Assembly (NCBI GenBank): GCA_008632985.1
Contig: QPGO01000033.1
Span: forward strand, 62,001 to 126,000
DNA length: 64,000 nucleotides
Direction: 5' to 3'
Source: Psammoneis japonica
Lineage: Eukaryota
Below are positions 60,694 through 64,000 of this stretch, piece by piece. The notes beneath the pieces are model-generated. The model saw nothing but the letters and a program-made list of their open reading frames with translations. It made no database searches and was not told where the DNA came from. Position numbers and translations under genes: made by a program. Within the stretch, counting starts at the first letter, position 1. Each line of letters opens with the position of its first letter.

Positions 60694-62439
60694 TTAAAAT
60701 TCAATCGTTGTGGGTGACGCGGTGGGCGATATTCTTTCCGCGCTGCACGCATCGGGTATCGGTTGAGTCGTCGTTTGCTGAACGAGGCTGCTCCAAATCG
60801 TAACTCCAGTTGTCAGTATTCCTACAATTGTGCCACCCACAATCAATATCCATGCTTGAATTGATGACTGTCCATGTTGTCGCAAACTGCGTCCCAAACA
60901 TCCTGGTATTACAAATCCCAAGGCACTCGAGGTGGTGCCACCCAATAGACCAAAAATGATGGAAATATCCGGCACCACCAATGCCAATGCCAGAGCTGAA
61001 CCTGCGATTCCCAATGTAAGTGCAACGTGCCGACAAAGCGAAAAGTCGCTCTCGAAAGGAACATTGTCAACGATTGTCATTTCAGCGCCAAGCGGCGAAA
61101 CCAGACTACTCTCGTTTGGTATATCTTCCCCCTCCACCCCTTCTTCGGTTTGAGATAAGAGCGGCTCTTCAAGTGCATGTGAATCACTTCCCTCTCTCGC
61201 CATCTCTATCGTATTTTCTTTTCGCATCATGCTTTCAATTGCAACCCGAGCAGGAAACACATTTAGTGGGAACGCCATGACAACCGCCAGCGCCATGCAT
61301 CCAAAAGCAACATGCATTATACCGCGGGGACAGTAATTAACCAAAACATTTGGCTGTACCATTGCTCCAAAGTCAAAGAGAGCAAAGGTAGAAATAACGG
61401 CATACAATGTAGCACACCCCAAAACGGACGAGAGCGTCACATTTTGCATTAATCGAGTCTTGTCGCCCGTTCCCGACCCCGTCGTCTCTTGCGATGGAAG
61501 TTCGTGATAAATAGCACATACATTGACTTGGCATGAGAAAGCAAAAATCACCATGGGGCAGGCCCTGACAAGGGACATGAAACCGGTTGCAGGCCACAAG
61601 AGATTCTTAACCGTCAAATCGTCTGGCCTAACATGTCGGCTTGAATCTTCTCCAAAGTGAACAAGCACCGCTGCCACCAGTGTCACTATACTCGCCACAC
61701 CAATTCCAGAAGCCCATTGTAGGCTCTCCATACGTCGTAGGAGTGATAATGGAAGCATGGCAATGCCCCAAACAAGGCAGATAGACACGGTTGTGGGTGA
61801 TTGAGGAACGACTTGGCTGAGGATATCTCCAACAGCCATGACGTATGCAACCGCACATCCCCCGCAAAAGATAACCATGGCTAGTTCAACCAGTCTCTTT
61901 GCCTTGGAACCTAACACGTGTTGTACAAGGCCTTCATACGTATAAATCCCATATTCATCACTGGCTTGCACGAGGAAACGAATCGATACAATCGACGCCC
62001 AAGCCGAAACCGCAAGCAAGAAAAAGCCTCCCACAAGTCCACTTTGATACAGGGCAAACGGCAAGGACAAGACACCCGCACCAAGCGTCGCAGAACACAA
62101 ATTGGCAATGGAACCAAAGAATATACTCCATGGAGGCGAATCATCGTCTGGTTGTTTTGCTTTTGTTTTTTTCTCTCGTAGTTTCTGTAAATGTTGCTCA
62201 ATCGCCGCCTCTACATGCTGTAAATCGGGTGCAACTTGTCCGAGACCCTTATTTTGTAGTGGAAGCTGCTCGGTTGTATTAAATGTGGCCGAATCGGATG
62301 CCATTAAGGGAGAAAAAGACGCGTCGTGGTTGTCATGTACATGCGTTTCGTCGCCTTGCACTTCCGAAGAAGTACGTGTAGAATCAATGTGCGCTGCATC
62401 TTCCTCCTCGGAAGCCGCGTTTGAACCTAGCTCGTGCAT
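60694..62439 (-). CDS. Amino acid transporter (Aa_trans / SLC38-like)
   Basis: IANLCSATLGAGVLSLPFA, FAFSCQVNVCAIYHEL, AFPLNVFPAR, IFGLLGGTTSS.LGFVIPG. Confidence 0.9.
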   Translation of the reverse strand: MHELGSNAASEEEDAAHIDSTRTSSEVQGDETHVHDNHDASFSPLMASDSATFNTTEQLPLQNKGLGQVAPDLQHVEAAIEQHLQKLREKKTKAKQPDDDSPPWSIFFGSIANLCSATLGAGVLSLPFALYQSGLVGGFFLLAVSAWASIVSIRFLVQASDEYGIYTYEGLVQHVLGSKAKRLVELAMVIFCGGCAVAYVMAVGDILSQVVPQSPTTVSICLVWGIAMLPLSLLRRMESLQWASGIGVASIVTLVAAVLVHFGEDSSRHVRPDDLTVKNLLWPATGFMSLVRACPMVIFAFSCQVNVCAIYHELPSQETTGSGTGDKTRLMQNVTLSSVLGCATLYAVISTFALFDFGAMVQPNVLVNYCPRGIMHVAFGCMALAVVMAFPLNVFPARVAIESMMRKENTIEMAREGSDSHALEEPLLSQTEEGVEGEDIPNESSLVSPLGAEMTIVDNVPFESDFSLCRHVALTLGIAGSALALALVVPDISIIFGLLGGTTSSALGFVIPGCLGRSLRQHGQSSIQAWILIVGGTIVGILTTGVTIWSSLVQQTTTQPIPDACSAERISPTASPTTIEF

Positions 62440-63172
62440 ATTGTCTTTTACTACTTGAAAGCAACTGGAGTACAGTCAATTCGACTTGGGATGAGCTTTG
62501 ATAACTCGCTCCGACAGCTTGGCACTTTGACTCTTGCGTTGCGGCGTTGGATGCAGACTACTTCTGCGCTCGTTCCGCGACAGAGAAATCAGATTCCGCG
62601 TATCGTAGAATTGTTCGAGACCCAGTACCAGGCGATGATGGCGCCGATGATTGATTCCACCTCGAACCTTGCTCCCACTTTCAACTTGACTTCTGATAGT
62701 AGACCTACATACTGTACTTCTAATAGAGACTAATAATAAGGGTCACTGCAGTCTCGTTCTTGAACAAGCAAGGCTGTAAAGGATCTAGCAAGTTCGCTAC
62801 TAGAGTCTTTCTGTAGAGTTCAATTTTGATCCTCGAGAGATAACATTATCGCAATCGAAGCGCTTCTCAGCTCACCAAATGCTACCGCCTCTTGCGGTGC
62901 GGAAGCTCTTTGCTTGAACGGCTCTACTCCTACGATATTATGCTCAGGTGCGACTTCATGGACGAAACAAATCCTCCCCAAAAGTGCAGTGTAAAATGCG
63001 CAAAAATCATATTCAAATCTGAATTGAGAATGCACCCTTAATGCCGGTAAAACGCCCCCCACCATGATTTCTAGTATTTGATAGCAACACTAAAATTCAG
63101 TCAACCTCCACAATTGTTGAAGATGTACCGACGAAACACCGCTCCCCATCCCGATTTCTTGACCTGTATCCA

Positions 63173-63406
63173 CTAACCACCTCCTTCATAGTTGTTGTAA
63201 ATGTAGTAGCAGAGATAAAATGCCCCTCCCAAAAATACTATAACAAACATGAATATACAGTAATCCAGCGTGTGACAAAGGCAGCACTTTAACGAGTATT
63301 TCGGACGCTCTGGATCGCCGTCGCCCTTCATCAAGACATGAGTGCCAGTTCCGTGATGATACTCGTACTCAACAGGCTCCAAAAACGAAGACATGCTCAA
63401 GGCCAC
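63173..63406 (-). CDS. Possible small single-TM protein
   Basis: 77-aa ORF with hydrophobic C-terminal segment; no family recognised. Confidence 0.3.
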   Translation of the reverse strand: MALSMSSFLEPVEYEYHHGTGTHVLMKGDGDPERPKYSLKCCLCHTLDYCIFMFVIVFLGGAFYLCYYIYNNYEGGG

Positions 63407-64000
63407 GACTGATGGGAAAATCTAATGGCTTCGAGAAAAGTCAAAGAGGATAATACAACTCCGATCGGGTGTGGCGCTTTGTCGAAAGCTGCAGCTGATG
63501 GTTCTCGTATTTTCGGGTTTCTGTAGGTGGCTGCGCAATCTCCACTTTCAATTTCCGAATAGAAAACGGGGACACTACCATCCAGTATTTTTCCAGACTG
63601 TCACCTGAAGCTTTTGGCAATCGTCTTTGGGTCAGGAACTGGTCAGAGGAAAGGCAGAAGTGCAGCGGCTCTTGCTCTTGTCAGTAGTCGTTGGCATCCA
63701 TCGTGGATCCTGGGCTGTCGGCGGTCGGCGTTGCGTCGGCGTGAGCGTGAGCGTGAGGCGAAGTTGCGAGCTCCATCGCCGGACGGAGGACGGTCGAAAA
63801 ACTCAACGCTCGTGGGTCGCGCGAAAATTTGACTTGAGTCACGTTTACGTACTATAGCTATTGACAGCTACGTTGGTATGTTTATGTAGAAAAGACGTTT
63901 TAGTCGTAGGTCATTAATCGGTCGGAGTCTCACTCGAAGTGATCTTCGTAATCATCTTCGCCAACAACTTCGGAACAAAACGATAGATACCATCTGCTCG

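Overview
Eukaryotic DNA, most likely a pennate diatom (inferred from short GT-AG introns, ASAFAP-like plastid presequences, a diatom-type membrane LRR protein and a CoDi-like Copia element). About 22 compact host genes (BMS1, RPL5, MATE, MFS, mitochondrial carrier, TatD, fluoride exporter, UAA and amino-acid transporters, tandem O-fucosyltransferase, two paralogous coiled-coil genes and others) are interrupted by four sharply bounded transposon-derived blocks (~1.6-6.0, ~27.4-28.6, ~38.8-42.5 and ~48.4-59.2 kb). The main signal is that these blocks have lost almost all TpA dinucleotides by TA>TG/CA transitions (A>G on either strand). The two 276-bp LTRs of a young Copia element (53426-58922, TSD AGCAA) differ at 8 positions: 6 are TA>TG/CA and 2 form one CA/TG pair, while about 20 CpGs are intact. 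Conserved tyrosines of transposon proteins appear as Cys/His. This suggests a repeat-targeted, RIP-like mutator acting on adenine in TpA, distinct from fungal C>T RIP and from CpG decay. The same Copia element has its gag-pol antisense to the apparent PBS/PPT polarity and sits inside an element that pairs an XPG/FEN1-like nuclease with a Harbinger/ISL2EU-type DDE transposase. Several host genes carry 1-bp frameshifts that look like assembly errors.
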